Assembly: GCA_030265395.1 (NCBI GenBank)
Contig: JARFYF010000053.1
Coordinates: 12,465,173 to 12,529,172 of the forward strand
Length of the DNA stretch: 64,000 bases
Source of the DNA: Rhina ancylostomus
Lineage: Eukaryota
Direction of reading: 5' to 3'
Both the position numbers and the translations under genes were made by a program. The notes under the pieces were generated by a model that had not been told where the DNA came from, searched no databases, and was given only the letters and a program-made list of their open reading frames with translations. Positions 1 through 11,492 of the stretch are shown in pieces. Within the stretch, counting starts at the first letter, position 1. Each line of letters begins with the position of its first letter.

Positions 1-109
1 CATTTCCTGCAGTCATTTCCCTTAAAGCTGAACCAAACAGCCAGCTGAGCCCATGCAGCATCCAAGCAAGAAGGAATCTATTCGCCAGCCCTCCCTCTAC
101 AAGATCTGC

Positions 110-430
110 TGTACCGAGTGATTGCTGCAACATCTGAGGTGCTGCCTTTGAGCTCGAGTTAAACTGAGGCCCTGTCCACCCTCCCAGGCAGAAGACAAAA
201 GACAACAGGCAGCTAGCTGGAAGAAAAAGTGTAACTGGGAAAGATTTATTCCTTAAACAATGTCAGTAAAACAGATTATCCGGGCTATCTGCCTCTTTGA
301 TGCTTGTGGGATCTTGTTGTGCATTAACATGAGCTGTTATGTTTGGAAACACAAGGACAGTAACTACAAGTTAACAACAATCAATGGCTGAGCACCACTT
401 GGATCTTCAAGGACATGAAAGGCATTGTTT
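110..430 (+). mobile_element. Decayed Deu-domain SINE (SacSINE1/AmnSINE1-like)
   Basis: Motifs gaggtgctgcctttg, gttaaactgaggccctgtc, aaaacagattatc, tgtgggatcttgttgtgca and tgaaaggca occur in Deu-SINE order. Confidence 0.65.
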
Positions 431-539
431 ATAGTCCACATCGAGCACCCTCCCTTTTCCCCTTACTGTATGAACCGTATGCACAGGAACACAGACATGG
501 ACTGATTTAACATTTTTCACAACTACAAGATTCCAAAAA

Positions 540-960
540 AATACCTCTCAGCCAATGAAATGTTTTACAGTTGTAATCACTGTAGTACCGTCGGAAGCCA
601 TTTCGCACATAGCTGCCATCTTATTGGTAAGCAAAGCAGGTTTGAGGATCCTTCTCCTGTTTTTTGAGCTCTTAATATTCTTATACTACATTAATAACTA
701 GATTGCTTTTAGTAACATCGATTGAGGAATAAATATCAGTCAGAGACACTACAGTCAACCCCAGCACTTTTTTGAATTTTGGTATTGGATACTTCACACC
801 TACCCAAATGGACAGGGTCAATCTCATCTTAAATGCAACTGTCCTGTCAGTGTTGCCCTCCCTCAATGATGCACTGGAACATGAGCATAGATTCCTGTGC
901 TCTCTGAAGTGGGACTTGAACCTGGAGTGGCAGGATCCCCATGCGCCAGGGCTCAGTAAT
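540..960 (-). mobile_element. Decayed Deu-domain SINE, opposite orientation to the 110-430 copy
   Basis: gccaatgaa...gtaatcactgt, tgaggaataaatat, ctccctcaatgatgcactgg, and the B-box complement gtgggacttgaacc. Confidence 0.55.
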
Positions 961-1494
961 AGAAAAGGGTGTGGAAGAAACAGAGGTGGCTGCTGCCCTG
1001 AGCTGAAGGGTCAGCATCTTCGGGAAAGGGATGGGCCAAGTTAAAAGCAAACATAGAGCATGTTAGGAAGCTCGCCAGAGTCAGACTGCAGCATTACTGG
1101 CTGGCATACACTCTAGCAATGAGCTGCCAATGACAGTCTCCTCAGGAGGTTGGTCACAGCCCCAGTAAAGAACAGGGCACCTTCATCCATCTGCTCCCGT
1201 GCACTGATGGAAACAGCTCTCTCCAATGCACACAGCAGTCTTTAACTGGTTCTAGTTTCTCTTTACATCCGTATACCTGGCCATGGGAAAAGGACGTTCA
1301 TTCTGTCAAGTTTCCCTCAGGATATTGATCAACACAAAAGGAACAAAGGGCTGGAGAATGCATTTCCATCCGTCATCCTTCCTTCAATTTCCTTCCATGT
1401 CCAGTATTAAAGGTAAATGGTTTCAAGGTCCTGAAGGTAGTCTCATTCCCACTCTGATCTCAAATCGCGAGTTACCTTGAATGAGTACGAGTGA

Positions 1495-1770
1495 AGGTAT
1501 ATGTAGGCACACACAGATGCATTGAGCCAGGATACACACACACATAAACAAAGAGCCACAAACACACTTATAATGAGTCAAAGTCCAGCTGCCTGCATAC
1601 ACACAAAATGAGTCAAGATACACATGCACACACAATGAGTCAAGGTATACACACACACACACAGGCATAAGGCTGCACATGTTAAAGTGCACATATACAC
1701 ACAAGTCAAGGTGTACACACGAGCACACACACACACTGAGTCATAATGAGTCAAGGTGCACATACACTTT
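1495..1770. repeat. Degenerate minisatellite (AATGAGTCAAGGT followed by CA-rich spacers)
   Basis: Recurrent aatgagtcaa units separated by (CA)n-like tracts. Confidence 0.8.
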
Positions 1771-1829
1771 CTGGAGCAAGGTAGCATATCAAGCACAGAA
1801 CCAGAGATCTGAGGGTTTCACATTTTAAG

Positions 1830-2320
1830 GGGGAGCGGCACAGTGGGGGAGCGGTTAGTGTGACTCTATTACAGCGCCAGCGATCGGGGTTCTATTCCCG
1901 CTGTCTGTAAGGAGTTTGTACGTTCTCCCGTGTCTGCGTGGGTTTCCTCCGGGTGCTCTGGTTTCCTCCCACATTNNNNNNNNNNNNNNNNNNNNNNNNN
2001 NNNNNNNNNNNNNNNNNNNNNNNNNNNNNNNNNNNNNNNNNNNNNNNNNNNNNNNNNNNNNNNNNNNNNNNNNNNGTAAGGAGTTTGTACGTTCTCCCGT
2101 GTCTGCGTGGGTTTCCTCCGGGTGCTCTGGTTTCCTCCCACATTCCAAAGACATACGGGTAGGTTAACGTGGGTTTAAAATGGGCGGCGCGGACTCAGTG
2201 GGCCGGAAGGGCCTGTTATCATGCTGTAAATAAAATTTAAATTTAAAAAAAATTTAATATTACATTTCATTTAAAAAAAAATTTTAATTTAATTTTAAAA
2301 ATTTAAAATTTAAATTGTAG
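1830..2320 (+). mobile_element. tRNA-derived V-SINE (HE1-like) with CR1-type 3' end and AT-rich tail
   Basis: A/B-box-like head (ggcacagtgg...ggttctattccc), V-domain gggtttcctccgggtgctctggtttcctcccaca, 3' gggccggaagggcctgtt, then a (TTTAAAA)-like tail. The core is duplicated across the N gap. Confidence 0.85.
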
Positions 2321-2817
2321 AATTCCCAAAATGCACTCTTGCACAGACCTGGGACTGAAGCAGAGATCGGTTGACCAAGACCTAATGGAAAAGATTTGCA
2401 GTAAATTCATTTCTTTGCAGGGAGATGTAATAGAGCATGAACATATTGATCAGTATGAGATGTGGCACTTCAGTGCCTCATACAAGCATGCATAGTCCCT
2501 GCAGAGGAATACCTTCCATTAGCTCTTTTTACATCAGTTTTGTTCTGCCTGTTCGCACTTTGATGTTTCTGATGGTGATGGGGAATCAGCATTTTTATTT
2601 TGGAACTTTTGGATTTAGCTGACTCTATACTAATCAAAATAAATAGATGCAAAATGTCCTTAAAAATCTGTAGCATTGCCCTAGTTTAAGGAGGTACTTG
2701 GAAAAAGGTTTCAGCAAAGTAATATGCTCCAGTACTACACATGGACTTGTGATTGGATCTTCACGAGTTACTTCATATCCAGACATTGCTGTAGAAGGCA
2801 TGGGCAGTGGGAATTTG

Positions 2818-3051
2818 GCCATAAGGCATAGGAGCACAATTAGGCCATTTGGCCTATCAAGTATGCTCTGCCGTTCAATTATGGCTAATTTATTTTTCCC
2901 TCTCAACCCATTCTCCTGCCTTCTCCCTGTAACCTTTCACACCCTTTCTAATAAGAACCCATCAACCTCCGCTTTAAATATACCCAATGACTTGGCCTCC
3001 ACAGCCGTCTGTGGCAAAGAATTCTTCAGATTCACCACCCTCTGACTAAAG
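2818..3051 (-). mobile_element. CR1-type LINE 3' end fragment
   Basis: ataggagcacaattaggccatttggcc...gcctccacagccgtctgtggcaaagaattc...caccaccctctg is the complement of a CR1 RT C-terminus and 3'UTR. Confidence 0.75.
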
Positions 3052-3227
3052 NNNNNNNNNNNNNNNNNNNNNNNNNNNNNNNNNNNNNNNNNNNNNNNNN
3101 NNNNNNNNNNNNNNNNNNNNNNNNNNNNNNNNNNNNNNNNNNNNNNNNNNNNNNNNNNNNNNNNNNNNNNNNNNNNNNNNNNNNNNNNNNNNNNNNNNNN
3201 NNNNNNNNNNNNNNNNNNNNNNNNTTA

Positions 3228-3580
3228 AACATTCATTCCCTCCACCAGTAGCACACTGCGGCTGCAGTACATACTGCCAACGAAATGCATGCAGCAACTC
3301 TCCCAGGTTAGACTGTCAGCCAAACTTGTGACCTCTACCACCAAGCAGTACAAGGGCAGGAGTTCCATGGGAACACCACTACGTGCAGGTTCCCCTCCAG
3401 GTCGGATGCCATCCTGTTTTGGAAACGTATTTTCGTTCCTTCATCATCCCTGGATCTAAATCATGAAACACCCTACCGAACAACACCAAGTACCTTCACC
3501 AGAAGGACAGTAGCATTTAAAAGGTAGCTCACCAACAGCTTCTCAACAGCAATGAATGCTGGCTTTGTCAGTGACACCCG
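3228..3580 (+). mobile_element. 3' end of an old CR1/L2-group LINE
   Basis: cattccctccacc...atgggaacaccact...ttcccctcca...gctcacc...aatgctggc. Related decayed sequence lies at ~30130-30300. Confidence 0.55.
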
Positions 3581-3904
3581 CAGAAAAAGTGGACAGATAT
3601 AAAAAAATCTATGTCAATTTAAATGATACTAACAGATATTAGTTTACCAAATGGGATTCATCCAACCAAGTAAAAAACAGTCCAAACCATCACTTAGCTC
3701 AGTGGCAGCGTTCAAAATTTGGCTGAATATTTTAAATACCTTTAGTACAAACTTTTGACCATCAATCCATACCTACAATCACAACGCAAAACAATGTCAG
3801 AGGCACGACTAGGAAATGTTTATTTGACTTGAGTGATCCCACAGCATTATTTAAGGTTGCTCTCAATGGTCAATACCTATTCCCCAATCAGTAGGCTGGA
3901 TTAT

Positions 3905-4158
3905 TGGAATAGATTTAATATTGTTACACATACCAAGGTACAGTGAAAAAACTTGTCTTGCATACTGTTCCTGCTCACCCAGCCTGGAATATCTAATGGT
4001 GAAGTGCTGCCCATACTACTTGCCAGGGGAGTTCAGCTATCCTGACAGCAGACTACATCCGACCCCTGACGGAAATGAAGTCTGCACTCAATGAACTATA
4101 CTGTGGTCAACAGCCTTGAAACAGGATACCCCGAGGCCCTCTTCATCATTGTAGGTGA
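3905..4158. mobile_element. Rex1/Babar LINE fragments (minus-strand 3' tail 3905-3970; plus-strand endonuclease piece 3970-4158)
   Basis: 3970-4158 is directly similar to 5690-5886 (cctgctcaccc...ctggaatatctaa...ctgtggtcaacagccttgaaacaggataccc). 3905-3970 is the complement of the tail at 11430-11490. Confidence 0.8.
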
Positions 4159-4258
4159 NNNNNNNNNNNNNNNNNNNNNNNNNNNNNNNNNNNNNNNNNN
4201 NNNNNNNNNNNNNNNNNNNNNNNNNNNNNNNNNNNNNNNNNNNNNNNNNNNNNNNNNN

Positions 4259-4580
4259 ATGGGCCAATCAAGAAGGTGAGGGAGGGGAAAGGGAAGGGAT
4301 GTTGGGGCTGGTGGGATAAGGGAAAACAAAATTGGAGAGAGAAGGGAGTGGTTACCGGAAGTTGGAGAAATTGATGTTCTTGCCTGGAGCAACATGCAAA
4401 ATGATGGAGGAACTTAGCGGGTCCGCTGTCCTCTTATCAGATTCCATCTCCTTCCCCCCTTTGTCACTTCCAGCTATTGCGTTCCAGCTTCTCACATCAT
4501 TCCCACTCTCCCCTTCCCTCACTTGCCATCATCCCACCCCCTCACTTGGATCCACCTATCACCCGCCAGTTCTCACTCCA
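4259..4580. mobile_element. Probable Penelope-like element remnants in inverted arrangement
   Basis: A purine-rich half followed by a pyrimidine-rich half, with the ggaggaacttagcgggtc terminal motif. Similar motifs occur at ~17010-17075, 35350-35460, 45335-45460 and 61040-61120. Confidence 0.4.
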
Positions 4581-7500
4581 CCGGAGCGTAGCAACTCATT
4601 GCAGGCTGCTCTCTGCAGATCTACTCATTTCTTCTAGTATATTCATTCTAATCTTTTACATTTAAATTCTATCTCTCTAAGAATTACTAATAATGCTCTT
4701 TTAAATCATCTTACAGGGCTGGCGATCTTCTGACCTCCAGGAACGATTGATCAACTGACCCAACCCCCAGGCCCAGATGGAAACGACCAGCGAGGCCCAG
4801 GACGGGCCCTTCCATGTGGGAGCCCATGCAGGGTGAAGAGCCAACTGCACGGACCACCTGCCAGCAAGACCCGACTCCCGGACCCCACTGGAGCACCTGA
4901 AGCTGAGACCCAAAGACACGGAGTGAGGACCTGACCAGCAGGAGTGCCTGATGTCAAACCCTGTGTCCCAACCTATCCGGCAGCCTGTCCATTGGAGGCA
5001 GCGGAGTTCCAAGGCCCAACCCAACACAGGGCTTGATCAGCAGAGGCCGAATCCTGAGGCCCGACCTGATGTGAGGCCTGACCTGCAGGGACATCCGATG
5101 CTGGGGCCCGACACCAGGGCTCCTTCGGATCGGAAACCTGATCCTATGGAACACCTGGGGCTGAGTCCCAGCACCGAAGTCCCCCAAGACAACCCCACTT
5201 ACCTGCTGGGGCATACCACTCCTCATCAGGACCTTCAGACCTTTATGGGAACAACAACTTACCTCACAGGCTAGCTGAATCCATTCCAGGTCTTCTAAGT
5301 CTGTTCTAAAGGAGTCACTTACATTCTAGTCCAAGTGAATCCACTCCAGGTCTTCCAGGTCTGTGTGGTAAGAGGGCTGGGCTGCAGGTGAGACTGAAAC
5401 AACATGGGTAAAAGACCTCCCCTCCCCAGCACACTACTAGCTAACGTCCAGGCCACTGAGAACAAAGTTGATGAACCAAGGGCAAGACTGACCTAGCAAA
5501 GAGAACTGAGGGACTACTGTGTGCTTTGTCTCACCAAAATGTGGCTTACACCTGACTGTGACCAACAACCTGAGGACTTCTCAATCCACCAAATGGACCA
5601 CACAATGTCCTCGGGCAAAGTTAGAGGCAGAGGGGTCTGCTTCTTAATCAATAACTCATGGTGCTCGGACGTGACGGTCCTGGTGAGCTCCTGCTCACCC
5701 ACTCTGGAATATCTAACAGTGAAGTGTAGTCCATACTACCTGTCATGGGAGTTCACTTCAGCTATCCTGATGGCAGTCCACATCCCACCTCAGACGGACA
5801 TGAAGCCTGCACTCAATAAACTATACTCTGTGGTCAACAGCCTTGAAACAGGATACCCTAGGGTCCTCTTCATTATTGCAGGTGACTTCAACCAGGCCAA
5901 CCTCAAGAGTGTGTTAACAAAATACTACCAGCACATCTCCTGTCCCACCAGGGGCCCAAACACCCTTGACCATTGTTAAACAACCATCCAAGATACCAAC
6001 CGAGCCATGCCCTGCCTTCACCTTGGTAAATCAGACCACCAGACTGTGCTCCCTCTCCCTGCATACAAACAGAAGCTGAAACGGGAGGATCCAGTACAGA
6101 AAGTTGTGCAGTGCTGGTCTGAGGAAATAGGTGAGCTTCTACAGGACTGCTTTAAGTTGGTGGACTGGTGTACATTCAAAGACTCAGCTGCCAGCCTGGA
6201 TAAGTATGTCACCACCATCATGGAGTTTAATCAGCAAGTGTGTTGAAGACTGTACCAAAAGGAGGACAATCAGGGTGTTCCCAAACTGGAAACCATGGAT
6301 GAACTGGGAGATCCACTCTCTACTGAAGTCCAGGACTGCAGCATTCAAATCAGGTGAACCTAACCTTTACAAGAAATCGAGACACGACCTCCATAAAGCC
6401 ATCAGAGATGCCAAGAGACAGTATCAGTCCAAATGGGAGTCCCAGACCAGCAGTCAGTTGTGGCAGGGTTTACATGCTACAACGGGCTACAAAACGAAGT
6501 CAGGCAGCAGAGTCAACAACAGTGCATCCCTTCCTGATGAATTTAACACATTCNNNNNNNNNNCTCGTGTCTTGAACAGAAGGTGATTGGCATGTCACCA
6601 CCCACCCCAGCAACATCTAATGAACCCGAACCCGCAGTCACCATTGAGGACGCAGATCAGTCTTCCATCGAGTGACCCCACCAAAAGCATCCGACCCAGA
6701 TGGTGTCCCTGGCCGTATCCTCGGATCCTGTAACGATCAGCTGGTGGGGGTATTTGCAGACACTTTTAACCTCTCCCTGCTTCAATCTGAGGTTCCTACC
6801 TATTTTAAGACCACCACTATCATCCTAGTACCTAAATAAAACAAGGTAACATGCCTTAATGACTACTGACCAGTGGCTCTGACATTCACCATTATGAAGC
6901 GCTTTGAGAGGCTGGTCAGGGCACACACCAACTCCAGCTCCCCAGAAAACCTTGACCCACTGCAATTCACCCAACTTCAAAATAGGTCTACAGCAGACAC
7001 CAACTCCCTGGCCCTACACTCATCTCTGGAGCATCCAGACAGTAAAGACATCTACATTAGACTATTGCTTATTGACTACAGCTCAGCCTTCAATACTATA
7101 ATTCCAAGAAAACTCATCAAAGTCTGAGACCTGAGACTCAACACCTCACTCTGCACCTGGATCCTTGACTTCCTGACCAACAGACTGCACAGTGAGGATA
7201 GGCAGAAAAACCTCCTACACAATTATTCTCAATAGTGGTGCCCCACAAGGCTGCATCCTCAATCCCCTACTCTACTCCCTATACACTCACGACTGTGCGG
7301 CCAGATTCTGTTCTAACACCATCTACACGTTTGGAGGTGATACCACCACAGTAAGCCGTATCTCAAATAACAGTGAGTTGGAGTACAGGTAGGAGAGAGA
7401 GAGAGAGAGCTCAGTGACATGGTGTCATGACAACAACCTCTCCTTCAATGTCAGCAAAACAGGAGCCAGTCATTGACTTCAGGAAGGGGGGCAGCGCACA

Positions 7501-8210
7501 TACACTTGTCTACGTCAACGGTGCTGAGGTTGAGAGGGTTGAAAGCTTCAAGTACCTAGGAGTGAATAACACGAATAGCCTGACCTGGTCTAACCACATA
7601 AACGCCAAGGCTAAGAAAGCTCATCAGCACCTCTACTTCCTCAGGAGGCTATAGAAATTTGACATGTCCCCCCTCACACTCACCAACTTTTATCAATGCA
7701 CCATAGAAAGCATCCTATCTGGATGCATCACAGCTTGGTATGGCAACTGCTCNNNNNNNNNNNNNNNNNNNNNNNNNNNNNNNNNNNNNNNNNNNNNNNN
7801 NNNNNNNNNNNNNNNNNNNNNNNNNNNNNNNNNNNNNNNNNNNNNNNNNNNNNNNNNNNNNNNNNNNNNNNNNNNNNNNNNNNNNNCCCCACCCACCCCA
7901 GACATTGTCTCCTCTCCCACCCAGCCAGAAGATACAAAACCCTGAAAGCACATACCACTGGGTTCAAGGACAGCTTCTATCCTGCTATTAGACTATTGAG
8001 TGGTTTCCTAGTAATAAGATGGACCCTTGACCTCTCAAACTACCTCTTTATGACCTTGCACCTTATTGTCTACCTACACTGCACTCTCTGTTTCTGTGAC
8101 ACATTACTCTACATTCTGTATTGTTTTACCTTGCACTACCTCGATGCATTGGGTAATGAATTGATCTGAATGAATGAAATGCAAGACAAGCTCTTCCACT
8201 GTACAAGTGA
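4580..8210 (+). mobile_element. Near full-length, inactivated Rex1/Babar-clade LINE (APE endonuclease plus RT)
   Basis: Collinear broken ORF pieces: LPSTLLANVQ, LCLTKMWL, GRGVCFLINNSWC, IIAGDFN, TRGPNTLDH, GKSDH, KPWMN, IMKRFERLV, LLIDYSSAFNTI, GAPQGCILNPLLYSLYTHDC, degenerate FGGD catalytic box, FKYLGV, LYFLRRL, IESILSGCITAWYGNC. Many stops and frameshifts. Confidence 0.9.
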
Positions 8211-8224
8211 AATTGATACCGTGA

Positions 8225-8735
8225 ATTGATACTGATCAATTCATTACACCGTGCATTGAGGCAGTATAGGTAAAATAATAATGTAGAATAAAGTGTAACA
8301 GCCACAGAGAAAGTGCAGTGCAGGTAGACAAAGTAGTGCAGGATCATAAAGAGGTAGACAGAGGTCAAGGGTCCATCTTATTGTACTAGGGGACCATTCA
8401 ATTACTTTATAACAGCAACAAATAAGCTGTTCTCGAGCCTGGTGGCATGTGCTTTCAGACTCTTGGGTTTTCTGCCCAATGGGGAGGTGTGGGAGGAAGA
8501 AGAGAGAATGTCCAGGGTGGGTGGGATCTTTAATTATGCTGGCTGCTTTACCAAGGCTGCGAGAAGTGTAGAGTCCATGGAGGGGAGGCTGGTTTCCGTA
8601 ATGTGCTAAGCTGTATTCACAACTCGCTGCAGTTTCTTGCTGTCATGGGAATTGAAGTTGCTATACCAAGCTGTGATGCATCCAGATAGGACGCTTTCTA
8701 TGGTGCATTGATAAAAATTGACAAGGGCCAACAGG
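8225..8735 (-). mobile_element. 5'-truncated Rex1/Babar LINE, tail-to-tail with the long copy
   Basis: Reverse complement of ~7680-8175 (tataccaagctgtgatgcatccagatagg; gaggtcaagggtccatcttatt; gtgcagtgcaggtagacaa). Confidence 0.85.
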
Positions 8736-10469
8736 TCATTTGGTTATTATCTCATGGTTCTTCAAATCAATAAGGTGTGACAAATTGGCTGCCACATTTC
8801 CTGCACTTCACAATGACTATATTCCAAAAAGCACTCAAGGTTACAAAATGCCTTGAGACGAGAGCAGTGCAACATTAAAAAAATTAGTACCTTTGTTTCT
8901 ATTCCAAGCTTCCTAGTTCATAGGTGTAAACCAGATACACCAAGGAGTAGGACGAAATTCGATCTCCCAGGTTTTAAGGTCCTTTAGTGGCCTTAAAAGG
9001 ACAAATTAGAGATACTTGATGTTGGATGGAACTTTAGTGCTTTACTAAGAAAGCACTGTAGTGACAGAGGTACTAATATCAGGATGTTACTAAATCATGG
9101 TCCCATCCAACTATTCTGGTGGCTATCAAAGATCCCACCACACTACATATGAAGAGTAGGAAGTTCTTCATATGTCCTCAAACAGGAATCACGGGAAAGA
9201 ATGAACCAATCATGTGCTCCAAAGCTGAATGTAATATCATGCACAAAATGATAATTCAGATGCAAATAAACTGCACAATAAATTTTTTCCATGTGAAAAG
9301 TTGGGAAAACACCCAGGAAACTTATTTCAGCAGGACTTCAATTCTTTACACAGATAATTAAAGATGATTTAGTGAGTGGGAGTTTACACTTGAGCAAAGA
9401 TTCAAGGCTTGTTTACTTCAGAAAAGAAACAGGATTAAAGTTTACAGAATAAAACTGATTATATCAATCCACGTAAATTTGTTTCCATACTGAGAGATTC
9501 TAATCCAATGAAATATAAACTGGGACTAAGGGAACGGAGATGGAATTTATTTCATTGAATGAATTGACATGGTTAGGTTGGGCCAACTGACAACTTGCAC
9601 TTTTACAGCACTTTTTATGTCGTGATCTATCATAACGTGATTCAAAGGAGGATTATCAGAAGTTGATAACAAGCTGTAACAAAGATGTATTACAACTGAT
9701 GAGACCTTGAGCAGCAGCTTAGGAGTGAGTTCCAGTGCTTGGTACCTTGTCAGCTGAAGTTTCCAATATTGGAATAACAAACATGGGCTGAAATCAATGT
9801 CAATCAAGGGATCTCCGAGGACTGCATTTACTGCTCTAATACTTTCTTTAATTATTTTGTTTTTATTTCCACCAAAAATTTGAAAGGGACAGCTGAGAGA
9901 CAAACTTCCATTTCAAGATGTGCAGTCAGTGCATCAATGCAGAGGGGTGTCAGGAGCAACTGAATTTGCCTAATCATTGAAAACTTTACAATCATGTTAT
10001 TGAGGAGCCACAACTGACTCTTGTGTTGACTCTATTCTGTAGAAGCCCACTCAGCGTAAAATATTCCAACTCCATTCAAGTAGAGGACAAAAGGCTTCAA
10101 TTATTGAACAAGTACTAGCGTGTGGAGCAGCCAGACAATAGCTTGAAAATACACAGAATTAGTGTTTAACGGTTCAATAATGGTGTTCCTTGTTGCGTTT
10201 CACTGTGACTCAATGAGCACTGCTCACACCACTGGGTTCAAGTCACCCTCCACAGAAACTTGATCGGGCTGACACTCCTAGTGAGGTACTCTGAAGGAAC
10301 AGTTTGTAGTGGAGGTGCGGTGCTTTTGGTCATGAAACTGAGACGTGCCAACTTCTGCTAGAGGCTACACTGCAGGAAAGATATTGTCAAGTGTGCCTTT
10401 CGCTTCTTTCTGAAGAATTAAAAATCTTTGTCAGCCTGAGGCTCCTGCTGCATGACAGTCCTCACATGG

Positions 10470-10850
10470 GCAAAGTCTGAAGCTGCATTGATATAGCACC
10501 TCTCACATCATTCCAAGGTGTTTTACAATGAATGAAGCACCTTAGAAATGGGACTACCATAGTCGAATAGTAAACACAGTCTCTAATTTACACAGTTCTA
10601 TGCACGTGAACAAGCAGGGAATGGGGGAGGGATATATACATGCAGGCAGATGGGATTAGTTTCAAATGGCACCATTGTTGGCACAGACACCATGGGATGA
10701 AGAGCCTCTTCCTGTGCTGCACTGTTCTATGTTCTATTAAGCTCTTACAAATTGCAATGAGATACTAGCCAGGTAATGAGTGGAAGCTGATGGTCGAGAG
10801 GTTGGTATTGGCCAGGACAACGAGCAAGTGATTGATACACAATATATTTC
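10470..10850 (-). mobile_element. Deu-SINE remnant interrupted by a plus-strand CR1 3' end (~10600-10738)
   Basis: tgcattgatatagcacct...ttttacaatgaatgaagcac before the insert and tattggccaggaca after it. The insert ends gcctcttcctgtgctgcactgttctatgttcta. Confidence 0.55.
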
Positions 10851-10974
10851 CTAGGAGCCAAATAGTTAGCAAATGAGTTCTGTACTTAGGTGGGGAACAA
10901 AATCTTGACCAAAGGTTTCCATTTCTGTTAACTTACTGGACTCCTGCTGTTAAGTTCACTGGCTGAATCTAAAG

Positions 10975-11492
10975 CACATTATCACGGCTTGGTATAGCAA
11001 CTGCTCTNNNNNNNNNNNNNNNNNNNNNNNNNNNNNNNNNNNNNNNNNNNNNNNNNNNNNNNNNNNNNNNNNNNNNNNNNNNNNNNNNNNNNNNNNNNNN
11101 NNNNNNNNNNNNNNNNNNNNNNNNNNNNNNNNNNNNNNNNNNNNNNNNNNNNNNNNNNNNNNNNNNNNNGAAAATACAGGAGCCTGAGGGCACGTGCCAC
11201 CAGGCTCAAGGACAGCTACTACCCCACTGTGATAAGACTACTGAATGGTTCCCTTAGACATTGAGATGGACTTGACCTCACAATCTACTTTGTGACCTTG
11301 ACCTTGCACCTTATTATCTACCTGCAATGCACTTCCCTGTAGCTGTGACATTTTACTCTGTACTCTTGTTTTTCAAAACCTGTACTACCTCAATATATCT
11401 GCACTGTGTAATGAATTAATGTGTATGAATAGTATGCAAGACAAGTTTTTCCACTGTACCGCAGTATAAGTGACAACAATAAACCAATACAA
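10975..11492 (+). mobile_element. 5'-truncated Rex1/Babar LINE
   Basis: atcacggcttggtatagcaactgctc...caggctcaaggacagct...accttgcaccttat...gtgacaacaataaaccaatac; similar to 7730-8200. Confidence 0.85.

Noticed and set aside
1907-2143. Apparent tandem duplication of the SINE core
   Set aside because: The same ~68 bp flanks both sides of an exact 100-N gap, typical of an unmerged contig overlap.
5521-7654. Host gene or active reverse-transcriptase system
   Set aside because: These are fragments of a dead LINE ORF with many stops and frameshifts and a mutated catalytic motif (FGGD instead of F/YADD).
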